DNA from: Fibrobacterota bacterium | GTDB lineage: Bacteria > Fibrobacterota > Fibrobacteria > UBA11236 | Direction: 5' to 3' | DNA length: 64,000 nucleotides | NCBI GenBank assembly: GCA_019509785.1 | Contig: JAEKLQ010000021.1 | Coordinates: forward strand, 80,082-144,081 | Shown here: positions 8,305 to 18,932 of the stretch, in pieces | Layout of the letters: every line of letters begins with the position of its first letter | Position numbering within the stretch: position 1 is the stretch's first letter | Program-made: the position numbers and the translations under genes | Notes under the pieces: model-generated | Told to the model about the DNA's origin: nothing | Seen by the model: only the letters and a program-made list of their open reading frames with translations | Databases searched by the model: none

Positions 8305-9198
8305 TCAGAGGTATTCCTTGATCCACTTCTCGATGTCGCGCTGTTGATGCAGCCCCACCTCCATGCGCTGGATGACGCCTTGCTTATCGATCACCGCCAA
8401 GGTCGGGAAGGCGAGGGCCTGGTATTGGTTGGTCGTGATGTGGCCGATATCGTTGAAGAGCGGATAGGAAAGCTTGGCGGTGGACTGGAAGGCCTTCAGA
8501 TCCGGAAGGCTTTCCGAACTCACGCCGATGATCTCGAGGCCTTTGCCATGGTACTTCTTGTAGACCGCATCCAGGATGGGCAGCGACATGCGGCAGGGGC
8601 CGCACCAGGTGGCCCAGAAGTCCACCAGTACCACCTTGCCCTTGTTCTGCGCCAGCGCGCCGGCGTCGCCGGAGTAGTATTTCCCGTCGAGCGCGGGCGC
8701 GGGGCCTCCCACCAGCATCTGGGTGATGACGCGCATGTCTTCCGGCTTCGGGGAGAGGGCCATCTTCTGCTTGAAGGCTTTGCCATCGCGGCCCACGCGC
8801 AGTTCCACCATTTCGCCTACGCCTTTGGAATGGATGGTATCCAATAGGGTCTTGCGGCCATGCAGGTCGGTCGCGTTGATGGAGAGGATGAAGTCCCCTT
8901 CCTTGAGGCCGGCTTGATCGGCGGAGGTACCGCGGAAAACCTGCTGGACCTTGACCACGCCTTCGGCCGTGGTAGGCGCGTAGGCGGCGGGAATCTCGTT
9001 TTGGGGGACATCGGCGATGGCCACGCCGAGCCAGGCGGATGGCTTTTTTGCCGCCTGGGTCGGCGATGCAGCGGGCGCGTCGGGGACGACCGTTGCCCCG
9101 ACCGAGGCCGGAGCCGAAGCGGGATCGGTCGATTTATGGGCGGAACCCGCCGCGGCAATGCATCCGAGGAAGGCGATGAAGAGGCCCAAACGCGACAT
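8305..9198 (-). CDS. TlpA-like thiol:disulfide oxidoreductase lipoprotein with PDZ domain (thioredoxin fold, WCGPC active site)
   Basis: Signal peptide/lipobox (LFIAFLGC), PDZ-like block ([16 protein letters not shown]), thioredoxin motif [19 protein letters not shown]. Confidence 0.8.
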   Translation of the reverse strand: MSRLGLFIAFLGCIAAAGSAHKSTDPASAPASVGATVVPDAPAASPTQAAKKPSAWLGVAIADVPQNEIPAAYAPTTAEGVVKVQQVFRGTSADQAGLKEGDFILSINATDLHGRKTLLDTIHSKGVGEMVELRVGRDGKAFKQKMALSPKPEDMRVITQMLVGGPAPALDGKYYSGDAGALAQNKGKVVLVDFWATWCGPCRMSLPILDAVYKKYHGKGLEIIGVSSESLPDLKAFQSTAKLSYPLFNDIGHITTNQYQALAFPTLAVIDKQGVIQRMEVGLHQQRDIEKWIKEYL

Positions 9199-9249
9199 TG
9201 CGGCTCCTTTCCCAAGCAGGTTTGCAATCTACGAATTTAACTTTGGTCC

Positions 9250-9669
9250 ATGACAATCAGCCATTGGATTACGGTTTGCGTTTGCGCGCTTCCGCTTGGC
9301 GGGTGCACGGTGATCGGCGGGGTCATAGGCGCCCACCGGGATGCGGAAATCATCGGCACTCGCGAGGTGGCGCCGACCAAGGCCGGCGATCTTTCTTCCA
9401 AAACCGTCATCTACGCAACCCTGGCGGGGAGGGAGCCTGCGAAAGGCCGCTTCCGCGGCGTGTCGGATTCCGCCGGCATCCGCCTGCTTCGGATAGAGAC
9501 GGCGGATGGCCGGGAAAGCCTACCGCTGGACAGCGTTTCCGATCTCGTCGCCGAAGTCCCTAACCGAGGGCATCTGCTGGCGGGGCTCATCATCGGTGCC
9601 GCCATCGACGCCACCTTGGCGGGCGCGGTCTTGGCCATCGTATTCCTGCTGCCCCCGCCGGTCTATTAA
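9250..9669 (+). CDS. Small hypothetical lipoprotein with C-terminal hydrophobic helix
   Basis: ORF with lipobox ALPLGGC and C-terminal TM-like segment. No recognisable domain. Overlaps a longer frame of the next gene, so low confidence. Confidence 0.35.
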   Translation: MTISHWITVCVCALPLGGCTVIGGVIGAHRDAEIIGTREVAPTKAGDLSSKTVIYATLAGREPAKGRFRGVSDSAGIRLLRIETADGRESLPLDSVSDLVAEVPNRGHLLAGLIIGAAIDATLAGAVLAIVFLLPPPVY

Positions 9670-9694
9670 AACCCGAATAACCGGGAGAGGAATA

Positions 9695-10237
9695 ATGGCC
9701 GCTTATATCGTTTTGATCCGCGGCATCAACGTGGGAGGGAAGTCCATGCCCATGGCGGCCTTGCGGGACATGCTCGCCGGGCTCGGCCATGGGAACGCGA
9801 AGACCTACATCCAGTCCGGGAACGCCGTCTTCACCGCGCCCGGGAAGGACGGGATGAAAATCGCGCGGGCCATCGAATCCGCCATCGCCGGGAAATTCGG
9901 GTACGAGGCCGCGGTCATCGTGCGCAGCCTCGAGGAATGGCGCGCTTTGCTGAAGGCCAACCCTTATGCCAAGGCCAAGCTGAAGGATGGGGAACGGCTC
10001 TTCATCACCTTCCTGGAGGAGGCCCCCGCCAAGGCGATGGCCGCCAAGCTGGAAGCCATCCAGGATCCGAAAGATGAGGTGAAGGTCCGCGGCCGCGAAG
10101 CCTTCTTGCTGGTGCGCGGCAGCTACGGGGAATCGAACCTGTCCAACGCCTTCGTGGAGAAGGTGCTGGGCGTGCGCGCTACCACCCGCAATCTGCCCAC
10201 CACCCTTAAGCTGCTGGAGATGGCCGAGTCGTTATAG
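9695..10237 (+). CDS. DUF1697-family protein
   Basis: MAAYIVLIRGINVGGKSMPMAALRDMLAGLG...TYIQSGNAVF N-terminus is characteristic of DUF1697 proteins (recall). GGAGAGG RBS upstream of the ATG at 9695. Confidence 0.7.
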   Translation: MAAYIVLIRGINVGGKSMPMAALRDMLAGLGHGNAKTYIQSGNAVFTAPGKDGMKIARAIESAIAGKFGYEAAVIVRSLEEWRALLKANPYAKAKLKDGERLFITFLEEAPAKAMAAKLEAIQDPKDEVKVRGREAFLLVRGSYGESNLSNAFVEKVLGVRATTRNLPTTLKLLEMAESL

Positions 10238-10314
10238 CCCCGGCCCAACCTTAGGCCCGATCCTAGATGCGCCCCGCCCGGCCCCGCCTCGGGACCGGCG
10301 CCGGACGCGGCCCA

Positions 10315-11337
<1,023 letters not shown>

Positions 11338-11374
11338 GGACAGTCTCCCGAGCGAGGATTCCGGCGGAAAAGTA

Positions 11375-12613
11375 TTAATTATTCACTCGATCGGTTCCAT
11401 CCTTCAATAGGAACCATGCATAGACGGCTGCGGCCAAGGCGATGGCTCCCGATACCTGGTATACCGCGCGCAACGAAAACGCATGCCATAAGGCGCCGGC
11501 GGCGAATCCCGCCAACGCGCCGGGAAGCGTCCCGTAAAAGACCGGCGCGAGCACTTGCAGGGAAGGACGATCCTGCGGCTGATGGGTGCGATCAAGGTAG
11601 ATCCCGAAGCCGGTGAGCGCTCCCGAGAAGAAGCATCCGTGCATGACGAGGGCCAGGCAATATTGCCAGGCGGAATGGGCCAAGGCCAACCCTCCCAGCT
11701 TGAGCAAGGTACCCGCGATCCCGAAGGCCAGCACGGCGCGCAAGCCCCGGCGGCGCAGCATCCAGGCGCAGAGAAGCATCCAGGGGATTTCGCATGCGGT
11801 GGAAACCACCCAGGCCAGGCTGATGACCCGTTGCCCTTGGTGCCAGCGATCGACCAGGTAGTTGGCTTGCATGGAGGTGGCCATGGTATTGGCGAAGTTC
11901 ATGACGCACAACATGATGAGAAGCCGGGCCGTGCGCGGCTCCGCCAGCAGGCGCAAGGAATGGGCGAAGGAGGGACGCGGTTGGAATGGGCCGGCGTGGA
12001 CGGGCGAAGGCGTTCGCCGGAAATCCCATGCGGCCACGAGCAGGGTGGCGCCTAAGGCGGCGGCGAAGCCGGCGTAAAGGAGCGGGAGATCGGAAAGGCG
12101 CGGGAAGCGCATGCTGATGAGGCACCCCGCCAGGAAGCCCGCTGTGCCCAGGCTGCGCAAGCGGAAGAAGGCGTCATGGCCGCGGGACCGCATGGATTCG
12201 AAGGCGCAGGCGGCGTTGAGCGGGAAAACCCCGGCGGAGCAGAAGGAGAAGAAGGCGAACCCGATCAGGAGGGACGGGAATCCGTGCAGGCGCGGAAGCA
12301 CCGCCAGGGATGCGCCGGCGCAAGCCAGGACCAGGAGGAAGGGCAGGCGGGGGCCATGGAAGCGCCGGATGCTGGCGACCTGGAAGAACGGCGAGACGAG
12401 GGCGGCGAGTTGGCCGGCCATGAGCAGGAGCCCGATCCCGAAACGGGAGACCCCGCGGTTCTCGAACAGGTAGGCATGGAATTGGCCGGCGGATATGCCG
12501 ACGAAGGTGAGGAACATGGTGAGGCCAGGGCCGGCCAGGGAGGCCGGCGACGCGGCCGTTTCGGGGACATGGGGTCGCTTCGACGCGTCCGCTCTTCCAT
12601 TTCCCGGTTCCAT
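11375..12613 (-). CDS. Major facilitator superfamily (MFS) transporter, 12-TM type
   Basis: 412-aa highly hydrophobic ORF with periodic TM segments and MFS-like loop motifs. Substrate unknown. Confidence 0.75.
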   Translation of the reverse strand: MEPGNGRADASKRPHVPETAASPASLAGPGLTMFLTFVGISAGQFHAYLFENRGVSRFGIGLLLMAGQLAALVSPFFQVASIRRFHGPRLPFLLVLACAGASLAVLPRLHGFPSLLIGFAFFSFCSAGVFPLNAACAFESMRSRGHDAFFRLRSLGTAGFLAGCLISMRFPRLSDLPLLYAGFAAALGATLLVAAWDFRRTPSPVHAGPFQPRPSFAHSLRLLAEPRTARLLIMLCVMNFANTMATSMQANYLVDRWHQGQRVISLAWVVSTACEIPWMLLCAWMLRRRGLRAVLAFGIAGTLLKLGGLALAHSAWQYCLALVMHGCFFSGALTGFGIYLDRTHQPQDRPSLQVLAPVFYGTLPGALAGFAAGALWHAFSLRAVYQVSGAIALAAAVYAWFLLKDGTDRVNN

Positions 12614-12681
12614 GGCCCGCCTTCGGAGGCGGGCGTCCCCGATGCAGGAGCCTATCCCAACCCGGTCGAATTATAGCTAAC

Positions 12682-14889
12682 TCAGCGCGGGTTCCAGACG
12701 AAGATCGAGTTGCGCATGCCGCCTTGCGTCTGCACGCTGATCAGATAGCGACCGCGGCCCAAGGCCCGGCCGTTCGCATCGCGGCCGTCCCATGTCCATC
12801 GCCCCATTTCCCGAGCCAGGCGGCCGGGACGGTATTCGAATACCACGCGCCCTTGCAGATCGAAGATGCGGATGACCCCCACGTGGGCGGGATGCTTCCA
12901 ATCCAGATACAGGAAGCCCCCGCGGATGGAGAGATCGAAGCGCGGATTCGTATTCTCCTCTTCCGCCATGCGCGACAGCTTTGTGGTGATGACGTTGTCC
13001 TGGCTCGCGGCCTGCGGATGGGCCGCGAGGAAGGCGGTGTATTGGCTAAGCACCTCATACTCGATGGACAAAGAAGTTATCGCTTGCTGATTGGCGTTCC
13101 CGGTCCCCTGTTGCAAGCTCAATTGCCCAATCTTCTCGCGGGCCCATAGCTTCGGCACCGCCCAGGCCATCGCGTCCTCCGCGCCGAAATCGACGGCATG
13201 CGCGAAAGAGACCGGCTGCCCTTGCTTATAGCCCTTTACCGTAATGGTATGCGGCCCGGTTCCGGAAAATTTGCCGCTCAAGCGGTAAGGCAGGCCCCGG
13301 TATAAGCGCGCGGAGGTCGGGTAGAGGACGTCGGAAACCTCCAGGCCCCCGAAATCCACCGTCAGGTTGTCGAGTTGAGGCGCTTCCAACCGGCTCCAGG
13401 CCGCTTCCACAAGGGGGGCCACGGAATCGCCCGAGACCAGGGGGGTAGCGAAGCCGTTACCCACCTTGGCGCATTCCTCCAGGAAATAACGGTTGAGATT
13501 GTCGCCCGCCCCGAAGGTGAATATGGTGGGCTTGGAGGGATGCTGGGAAATGGCCTGCAGGACGGCCTCTTCATTGGTGATGAACCCGTCGGTGAGGAAG
13601 ACATAGTACCGCTGCTTGTCGGAATGGGTCGGCACCGCGAGGGTCTTATTCACGGCGTCCAGGAGCTGGGTGCTGCCGCCCGCGGTAAGCCCCCGCAGGA
13701 AATTCCCCGCGATCGCCTGGTTGGCCGCGGTGGCCGGGACCGGCGTCTCCGATCCGAAGGCATAGGTCACGCCGTCGTTGAAAGCCAGCAAGTCGATGTT
13801 ATCGTCAGCGGTGAGGCGCGACAGGATGTTAAGAACGATCTCCTTTTCCCGCGCTAAGGGCCAGCCATCCTGCGAGCCGGAGATATCCACCAGAATGACC
13901 AATTCCATGGGTCCTCTTTGGCCCGCGAAGGCGGCGGTGTCGGGATACAGGTTGAGCATGAAATACCCCTGGCCTTTCGCATCCGCGGAAACCGCCAGGG
14001 AGAAATCCGAAGCCGTCCGGGCGCGCTTGAGGCGCAGTACGTAATCCCGGTTCGGGTAGGTGGCAGCCGTCTGCAACATCACGGAGCGCGTATAAGCCAA
14101 GGAGGGATTATCCGAAATGGACAACACCCCCCGATCCTGCAAGGTCATGCGGGTATCGGCCAGGGTCCCGACGGTTATGGCATGGGACGGGGAGTAGATG
14201 CCGGCGAGGTCCAAGCCCGATTCTACGAGCACGTTGAACTGGAACTCCGGCCCCGATCGATCCTCGGGGGGATTCCAGGGCCCGCTCCCGGCTCCCGCCC
14301 CCGTGCCGTAGCGCGGCCCGATGCGGGTCGGGAACGCCAATTCCAATTCCCCATCCACGTATTTCAGGGGCATGGACAGCTTTATCTCGACCAAAGCCGT
14401 GTCGTTCGGCCCCAAGGTGGCGATGCTCTGTTGGAAGATGTTCGGCTTATCCTGTATCAATAAGGCGGCCTGCCCGCCCTGGTTCTTGATGGAATCGTAA
14501 ATCCCCTGCGCCTTCCCCTTCTCCATGATGGTCGCGACGTAGACCGAGTCCTTGTACTGGTACTTCATCCCGTGTACGGCTCCCTGATCGGGAAGCGGGA
14601 ACAGGTAGACGGTTTCCGTCTTGGCCCGGAAAGGATTCACGAAGCGCTGGGTGACCACCACCTGGGCGATGGCGTCGGTGATGACCACGTTGACGCGGGT
14701 GAAAGACGGGGAGACCGCGACTTGTTGCTTGGTGTCTGGATCGATCATCCCGACCATGGGACCATGCAGGGAGTCGAGGGGGATCTGGCCCAGGGCCGTG
14801 CCGACCGCGGCCGAAACGACGAAGATAAGGATGAGCATGCGGATGGCGGCGCGGCGGATCATGCGGGCTCCCGGTCGGGGTTTACGCAT
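12682..14889 (-). CDS. Secreted VIT (vault inter-alpha-trypsin) + von Willebrand factor A domain protein with FlgD-Ig/T9SS-like C-terminal sorting domain
   Basis: Signal peptide. VIT-like N-terminal region. vWA MIDAS-like block VILVDISGSQDG...LTDGFITN. C-terminal ~75 aa (VIRIFDLQGRVVFEY...WTWDGRDANGRALGRGRYLISVQ) matches the por-secretion-tail / FlgD-Ig-like pattern. Confidence 0.8.
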   Translation of the reverse strand: MRKPRPGARMIRRAAIRMLILIFVVSAAVGTALGQIPLDSLHGPMVGMIDPDTKQQVAVSPSFTRVNVVITDAIAQVVVTQRFVNPFRAKTETVYLFPLPDQGAVHGMKYQYKDSVYVATIMEKGKAQGIYDSIKNQGGQAALLIQDKPNIFQQSIATLGPNDTALVEIKLSMPLKYVDGELELAFPTRIGPRYGTGAGAGSGPWNPPEDRSGPEFQFNVLVESGLDLAGIYSPSHAITVGTLADTRMTLQDRGVLSISDNPSLAYTRSVMLQTAATYPNRDYVLRLKRARTASDFSLAVSADAKGQGYFMLNLYPDTAAFAGQRGPMELVILVDISGSQDGWPLAREKEIVLNILSRLTADDNIDLLAFNDGVTYAFGSETPVPATAANQAIAGNFLRGLTAGGSTQLLDAVNKTLAVPTHSDKQRYYVFLTDGFITNEEAVLQAISQHPSKPTIFTFGAGDNLNRYFLEECAKVGNGFATPLVSGDSVAPLVEAAWSRLEAPQLDNLTVDFGGLEVSDVLYPTSARLYRGLPYRLSGKFSGTGPHTITVKGYKQGQPVSFAHAVDFGAEDAMAWAVPKLWAREKIGQLSLQQGTGNANQQAITSLSIEYEVLSQYTAFLAAHPQAASQDNVITTKLSRMAEEENTNPRFDLSIRGGFLYLDWKHPAHVGVIRIFDLQGRVVFEYRPGRLAREMGRWTWDGRDANGRALGRGRYLISVQTQGGMRNSIFVWNPR

Positions 14890-15046
14890 GGCAGAATCAA
14901 TTCCCGTGCCAGGGACGCAAGGAACCGTTCGGAAGCGGAATCAGCGGTAAATCAACGGTATCCCGAAGGAGCGCCATACCCATCGCCGCCGGCAACCGAT
15001 CTTATGGTCAATCCATGGCGGTCCGTATGTGATCGGATCCGGGATC

Positions 15047-15658
15047 TTATCGAAGCGGAATGCTTTTACGGAATATCCTTCGGGACCGCAGGGCGCCGTC
15101 CCATGCCCTACCGGCCGCATCCACGCCGCCCGACCGGGGGAGCGAACGCGGGTATCGGAACTGCCGGGGAGCGGGGGCGAGCGGCGAAGTACTGCACGGG
15201 GCTGAAACGGGGCGCAAGCTATCGGGAATATAACAGGCAAGATAACCCATGGGTTTCGGACCACCGTCCCAGTAGACGGCGGTATCATCGTAGTGAAAAG
15301 CGATTTCCAAGGCCAAGCGCTCAAGCTGTCGCCCGCTATCGGCATAGCATTGGCCACCCGTACTCATATAACCCCCGCTTATTGTATAAATGGGAGCAAC
15401 GCTGGATTGGGAAAGGGAAGATGTGAATATCACCCTGTTATACTCGGGCACTGAGGGTCGGGGCGGAAACAATGCGCAGGATACGATTCTCGTTTGGACC
15501 CGGGACAGGCTCGAATCCAAAGCATTAAGATCCAGCGAATCCGTGATTATCGCCATGGGGGGCGGACGACCCGAGAACATAGGGATCTCGATGGACCCCG
15601 TTCGTCCCCGGACGAAAGCCGGCGCCGCTAAAAGCAGAAACCAAAAACCGATTCTCAT
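15047..15658 (-). CDS. Possible small secreted protein (only the N-terminal ~140 aa look protein-like; 3' part probably read-through in GC-rich DNA)
   Basis: Signal-peptide-like start MRIGFWFLLLAAPAFVRG. Lies in a locally GC-poor patch (15230-15660) within an otherwise unexplained ~800-bp gap. No homology recognised. Confidence 0.25.
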   Translation of the reverse strand: MRIGFWFLLLAAPAFVRGRTGSIEIPMFSGRPPPMAIITDSLDLNALDSSLSRVQTRIVSCALFPPRPSVPEYNRVIFTSSLSQSSVAPIYTISGGYMSTGGQCYADSGRQLERLALEIAFHYDDTAVYWDGGPKPMGYLACYIPDSLRPVSAPCSTSPLAPAPRQFRYPRSLPRSGGVDAAGRAWDGALRSRRIFRKSIPLR

Positions 15659-15688
15659 CGGATCCCCTTCCGCCTCGAGGCCCCGCGG

Positions 15689-16852
15689 TCAGCGCTTGGG
15701 GCCGGTGTAGATATACCCCGGGCGCACGATGGGCGTGCCCTTGCCCCCGCGGGCTTCCTTGCGCTCGTACACGATCTGTCCGGCGATGCCGACGCAGCGC
15801 GACAGGCCGAAAAGCACCGTGTAGTAGTTTTCGTCCGTGAGGCCGCATGCCGACAGGAGGCAACCCGAGACCGCGTCCACATTCGGGTAAGGATCGGCCG
15901 CCTTCCCCTTCTTCATCAAGATCTCGCTGCCGACCTTGCGAAGGGTGACGGCCAGGCGGAAGAGGGGATCCTTGGAGGCGATCTGTTCGCCCAAGCCGTA
16001 TTGCACCGTCGCGCGCGGATCCTCCACGCGCAGGACGGCATGCCCGAAACCGTAGAGCACCCCGCCCTTGGCCAGCAGGTTCTCCACGTAATCATGTACG
16101 GTCTTCTCGTCGGAAGGATCCTTGATGTCCTTGGCGATGGACTTGAGGAAGCGCAGGCATTCCTGGTTGGCCATGCCGTGCAGCGGGCCCGCCAGGGCGG
16201 CCATGGCCCCCACCAGCGATCCGAACATGTCTTCCAGGCCCGAAGCGATGGCCTTGCCCACGAAGGTGGACAGGTTCCCGCCGCCATGATCGAAATGCAG
16301 GATGGCGAACACCTTCATCAGGCGTTCGAGATCCTTGGAGGCGCCCGGGGCGCCCAGCATGTGCACGAAGTTCTCCATCCAACCCAACTCGGGCTTGGAG
16401 GGGATGGGATCGCCCCAACCGGAACGGATGCGGAAGATGGCGGCTACCGCTTCCGGCAATTGCGCCACCACGTTCACGTAGTCCTTGTAATAGTCGCCCG
16501 TGCCCTCATACATGCCCATGACGTTCAAGGCGGCCAAAAGCCATTTCATGGGATGGCCCTGCTTGGGCAGGCTGCGCAGATGCTCGATCACGCCGCGGTC
16601 GAGGCGCGAATTCGCGATGAGTTCCATCTTGAAGGTGGAGAGCTGGGCGGCGTCCGGCAATTCGCGCTTGAGCAGGAGGTAGATCACCTCTTCCGGCTGC
16701 TTGAGGGCCAGTTCGGCGATGGTGTAGCCGCCATAGGTCAGGCCCTTGTACGGATCGACGTCGCTGTTGGGGCAGGTGCCCACGGGGAAGCCGCGCAGGC
16801 CCGTATCCAGGTGTTCCTTGGTGATGGTGAAGAGGACGTCGTTATCGGCCAT
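15689..16852 (-). CDS. Citrate synthase family protein
   Basis: Citrate synthase signature GFGHAVLRVEDPR and the upstream HGGGN region. Start assigned to MADNDVLF (ATG at 16852). Confidence 0.85.
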   Translation of the reverse strand: MADNDVLFTITKEHLDTGLRGFPVGTCPNSDVDPYKGLTYGGYTIAELALKQPEEVIYLLLKRELPDAAQLSTFKMELIANSRLDRGVIEHLRSLPKQGHPMKWLLAALNVMGMYEGTGDYYKDYVNVVAQLPEAVAAIFRIRSGWGDPIPSKPELGWMENFVHMLGAPGASKDLERLMKVFAILHFDHGGGNLSTFVGKAIASGLEDMFGSLVGAMAALAGPLHGMANQECLRFLKSIAKDIKDPSDEKTVHDYVENLLAKGGVLYGFGHAVLRVEDPRATVQYGLGEQIASKDPLFRLAVTLRKVGSEILMKKGKAADPYPNVDAVSGCLLSACGLTDENYYTVLFGLSRCVGIAGQIVYERKEARGGKGTPIVRPGYIYTGPKR

Positions 16853-16886
16853 TTCGCATTCCTTCCGGCTTTTCCCGTCTTCCCGC

Positions 16887-18227
16887 TTAAATGGCGTCGG
16901 CGACGAGTTTGGCGAATTCAAAGCACTTGACCTCGCGCGCGCCTTCCATCAGGCGGGCGAAATCGTAGGTCACGGTCTTGGCGCCGATGGTCTTCTCCAG
17001 GCCCCGTTCGATGGCGTCCGCCGCTTCCTTCCAGCCCAAGTGGTTGAGCATCATGACGCCGGAGAGCACTACCGATCCGGGATTGACCTTGTCCAGGTTG
17101 GCGTACTTGGGCGCGGTCCCGTGGGTGGCCTCGAAGATGGCGTGGCCGCTCATGTAATTGATGTTGCCGCCGGGGGCGATGCCGATGCCGCCCACCTGCG
17201 CCGCCAAGGCGTCGCTCAGGTAATCGCCGTTCAGATTGAGGGTGGCGATCACGTCGAAGTCCTCGGGGCGGGTCAGCACCTGCTGCAAGGTGATGTCCGC
17301 GATGGAATCCTTGATGACGATGCCCGCGCCCGGCTTGCCCTCGGGGATCTTGACCCAGGGCCCGCCGTCGATTTCGACCGCGCCGAACATCTCCTTGGCC
17401 ACCTGGAAGCCCCAATCGCGGAAGGCGCCTTCCGTGAACTTCATGATGTTGCCTTTATGCACCAGGGTCACGCTCTTGCGCTTATGCTGGATGGCATAGC
17501 TGATGGCGCTATGCACCAGGCGCTCGGTGCCCAGGTAGCTGACCTGCTTGATGCCGACGCCCACCTGCACGGGGGCGGGCCGCGCCGGGGCGCCGATGGC
17601 CTCCAGCTTCTTCTGCCATTCCTGCGAGGCCTTCTCGGTGCCGAAGCGGACCTTGCCGAAATCCTTGGGGAATTCCTTGGCCAGGAAATCCAGCACCTTC
17701 TTGGCTTCGGGCGAATCGCTCGACCACTCGATGCCGGCGTAGATGTCCTCGGTGTTCTCGCGGAAGATCACCATGTCGACCTTCTCGGGATGCTTGACCG
17801 GGGACGGTACGCCCGTGAACCAGCGCACCGGGCGCAAGCAGACGTAGAGATCGAGGATCTGGCGGAGGGCCACGTTGAGGGAGCGGATGCCTTTGCCCAC
17901 GGGCGTGGTCAGCGGGCCTTTGATGCCCACCAGGTATTCCTGGAAGGCGGCCAGGGTCTCGTCCGGAAGCCACTGGCCTTCGCCGTAGACCTTGGTGGAC
18001 TTCTCGCCGGCATAGACTTCCATCCAAGCGATCTTCCGCTTGCCGCCGTAGACCTTGCGCACGGCCTCGTCGAAGACGTGGCGCGAGGCCTTCCAGATGT
18101 CCGCGCCGGTGCCGTCGCCTTCGATGAAGGGCAGGATGGGCCGGTCGGGGACCTGGAGCTTCTGCTGGGCGTCGATGCGGATTTTTTCGCCCTCTTTGGG
18201 CACGATTACATGTTTGAAGTCAGCCAT
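16887..18227 (-). CDS. icd: Isocitrate dehydrogenase, NADP-dependent (homodimeric type)
   Basis: 446-aa ORF with IDH/IMDH family blocks ([43 protein letters not shown]), recognised by recall. Confidence 0.9.
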   Translation of the reverse strand: MADFKHVIVPKEGEKIRIDAQQKLQVPDRPILPFIEGDGTGADIWKASRHVFDEAVRKVYGGKRKIAWMEVYAGEKSTKVYGEGQWLPDETLAAFQEYLVGIKGPLTTPVGKGIRSLNVALRQILDLYVCLRPVRWFTGVPSPVKHPEKVDMVIFRENTEDIYAGIEWSSDSPEAKKVLDFLAKEFPKDFGKVRFGTEKASQEWQKKLEAIGAPARPAPVQVGVGIKQVSYLGTERLVHSAISYAIQHKRKSVTLVHKGNIMKFTEGAFRDWGFQVAKEMFGAVEIDGGPWVKIPEGKPGAGIVIKDSIADITLQQVLTRPEDFDVIATLNLNGDYLSDALAAQVGGIGIAPGGNINYMSGHAIFEATHGTAPKYANLDKVNPGSVVLSGVMMLNHLGWKEAADAIERGLEKTIGAKTVTYDFARLMEGAREVKCFEFAKLVADAI

Positions 18228-18398
18228 GGGGTTTCCGGTCGGTTGGGAGTCAAGACGGTCGTTTCAACAGGGAAATATAGTATGGTGGTCGGGCGCTGGC
18301 GCGAATTTGGCGGCGACGGGGGCGCGATCCGAATGAAGAATTGGCACGCCTACGCCCTCCAATGGATGGCGGGGTTTCCCGCCCTCCAGAAGGGGCGC

Positions 18399-18932
18399 TC
18401 AGAGGTCGTTCTGATCCGGTCCCTTCAGGAAGGGATCGGCTTGGGCCTTGTCGAGGCCGGTAATCGTATGGGTCAGGGTCAGTTGCGTCCCCGCGAAGTC
18501 GCGCGACAAGCGGAATTCGACGACCCGGTACCAAAGCCCCTTGGGCTCCGACTTGAAAGCGTGGTTGATGCAAAGGCATTTGAACTTGAAGCCCAACGAA
18601 TGCGCGGCCGGGTGCACGGTATGGGGCGCCGCGAAAAAATAGCGGACGCTGTCGGAAGGGTTCCTGAAGACCAGCGCGAAGCGTTTCCGTTGCCCCGGCG
18701 ACATCACGAGTTCCGCCCCGGGTATGGGCTTCCCGAGGGGAGCGTCCTTTTCGTCGGCGACGCTACGGGTTTCCCACAGCTTGGGCCTCCCTTTCACCTC
18801 GTAAATGATGATGGGGCCCGGGAAACCCTGGTATTCCCATTGCAGATCCACCTTCACGATCGCCTTGGTAACTTGCGGCGCGGGAGCCGATTGGCCTATG
18901 GATGCGGCGAGAATTAGTGCCAGCGCGATCAT
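18399..18932 (-). CDS. Hypothetical secreted protein
   Basis: Signal peptide MIALALILAASIGQSAPA. Start overlaps the stop of the upstream gene by 4 nt (ATGA, 18929-18932). Confidence 0.5.
   Translation of the reverse strand: MIALALILAASIGQSAPAPQVTKAIVKVDLQWEYQGFPGPIIIYEVKGRPKLWETRSVADEKDAPLGKPIPGAELVMSPGQRKRFALVFRNPSDSVRYFFAAPHTVHPAAHSLGFKFKCLCINHAFKSEPKGLWYRVVEFRLSRDFAGTQLTLTHTITGLDKAQADPFLKGPDQNDL

Noticed and set aside
15500-15540. GGCTCGAATCC string resembling a tRNA T-loop
   Set aside because: Flanking sequence cannot be folded into T-stem/acceptor-stem pairings on either strand. No anticodon or D-arm candidates.
16746-18917. 723-aa ORF antisense to icd
   Set aside because: icd on the minus strand has unmistakable family motifs. 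The antisense translation is G/A/R/L/V/D-rich without motifs, the usual high-GC antisense artefact. The same reasoning rejects 10675-11616(+), 18902-20269(+), 25676-27199(+), 31029-32234(+), 35759-36640(-), 43845-44621(+), 45805-47184(+), 49551-51127(+), 52179-53759(+), 57000-58433(-) and 59505-60794(+).
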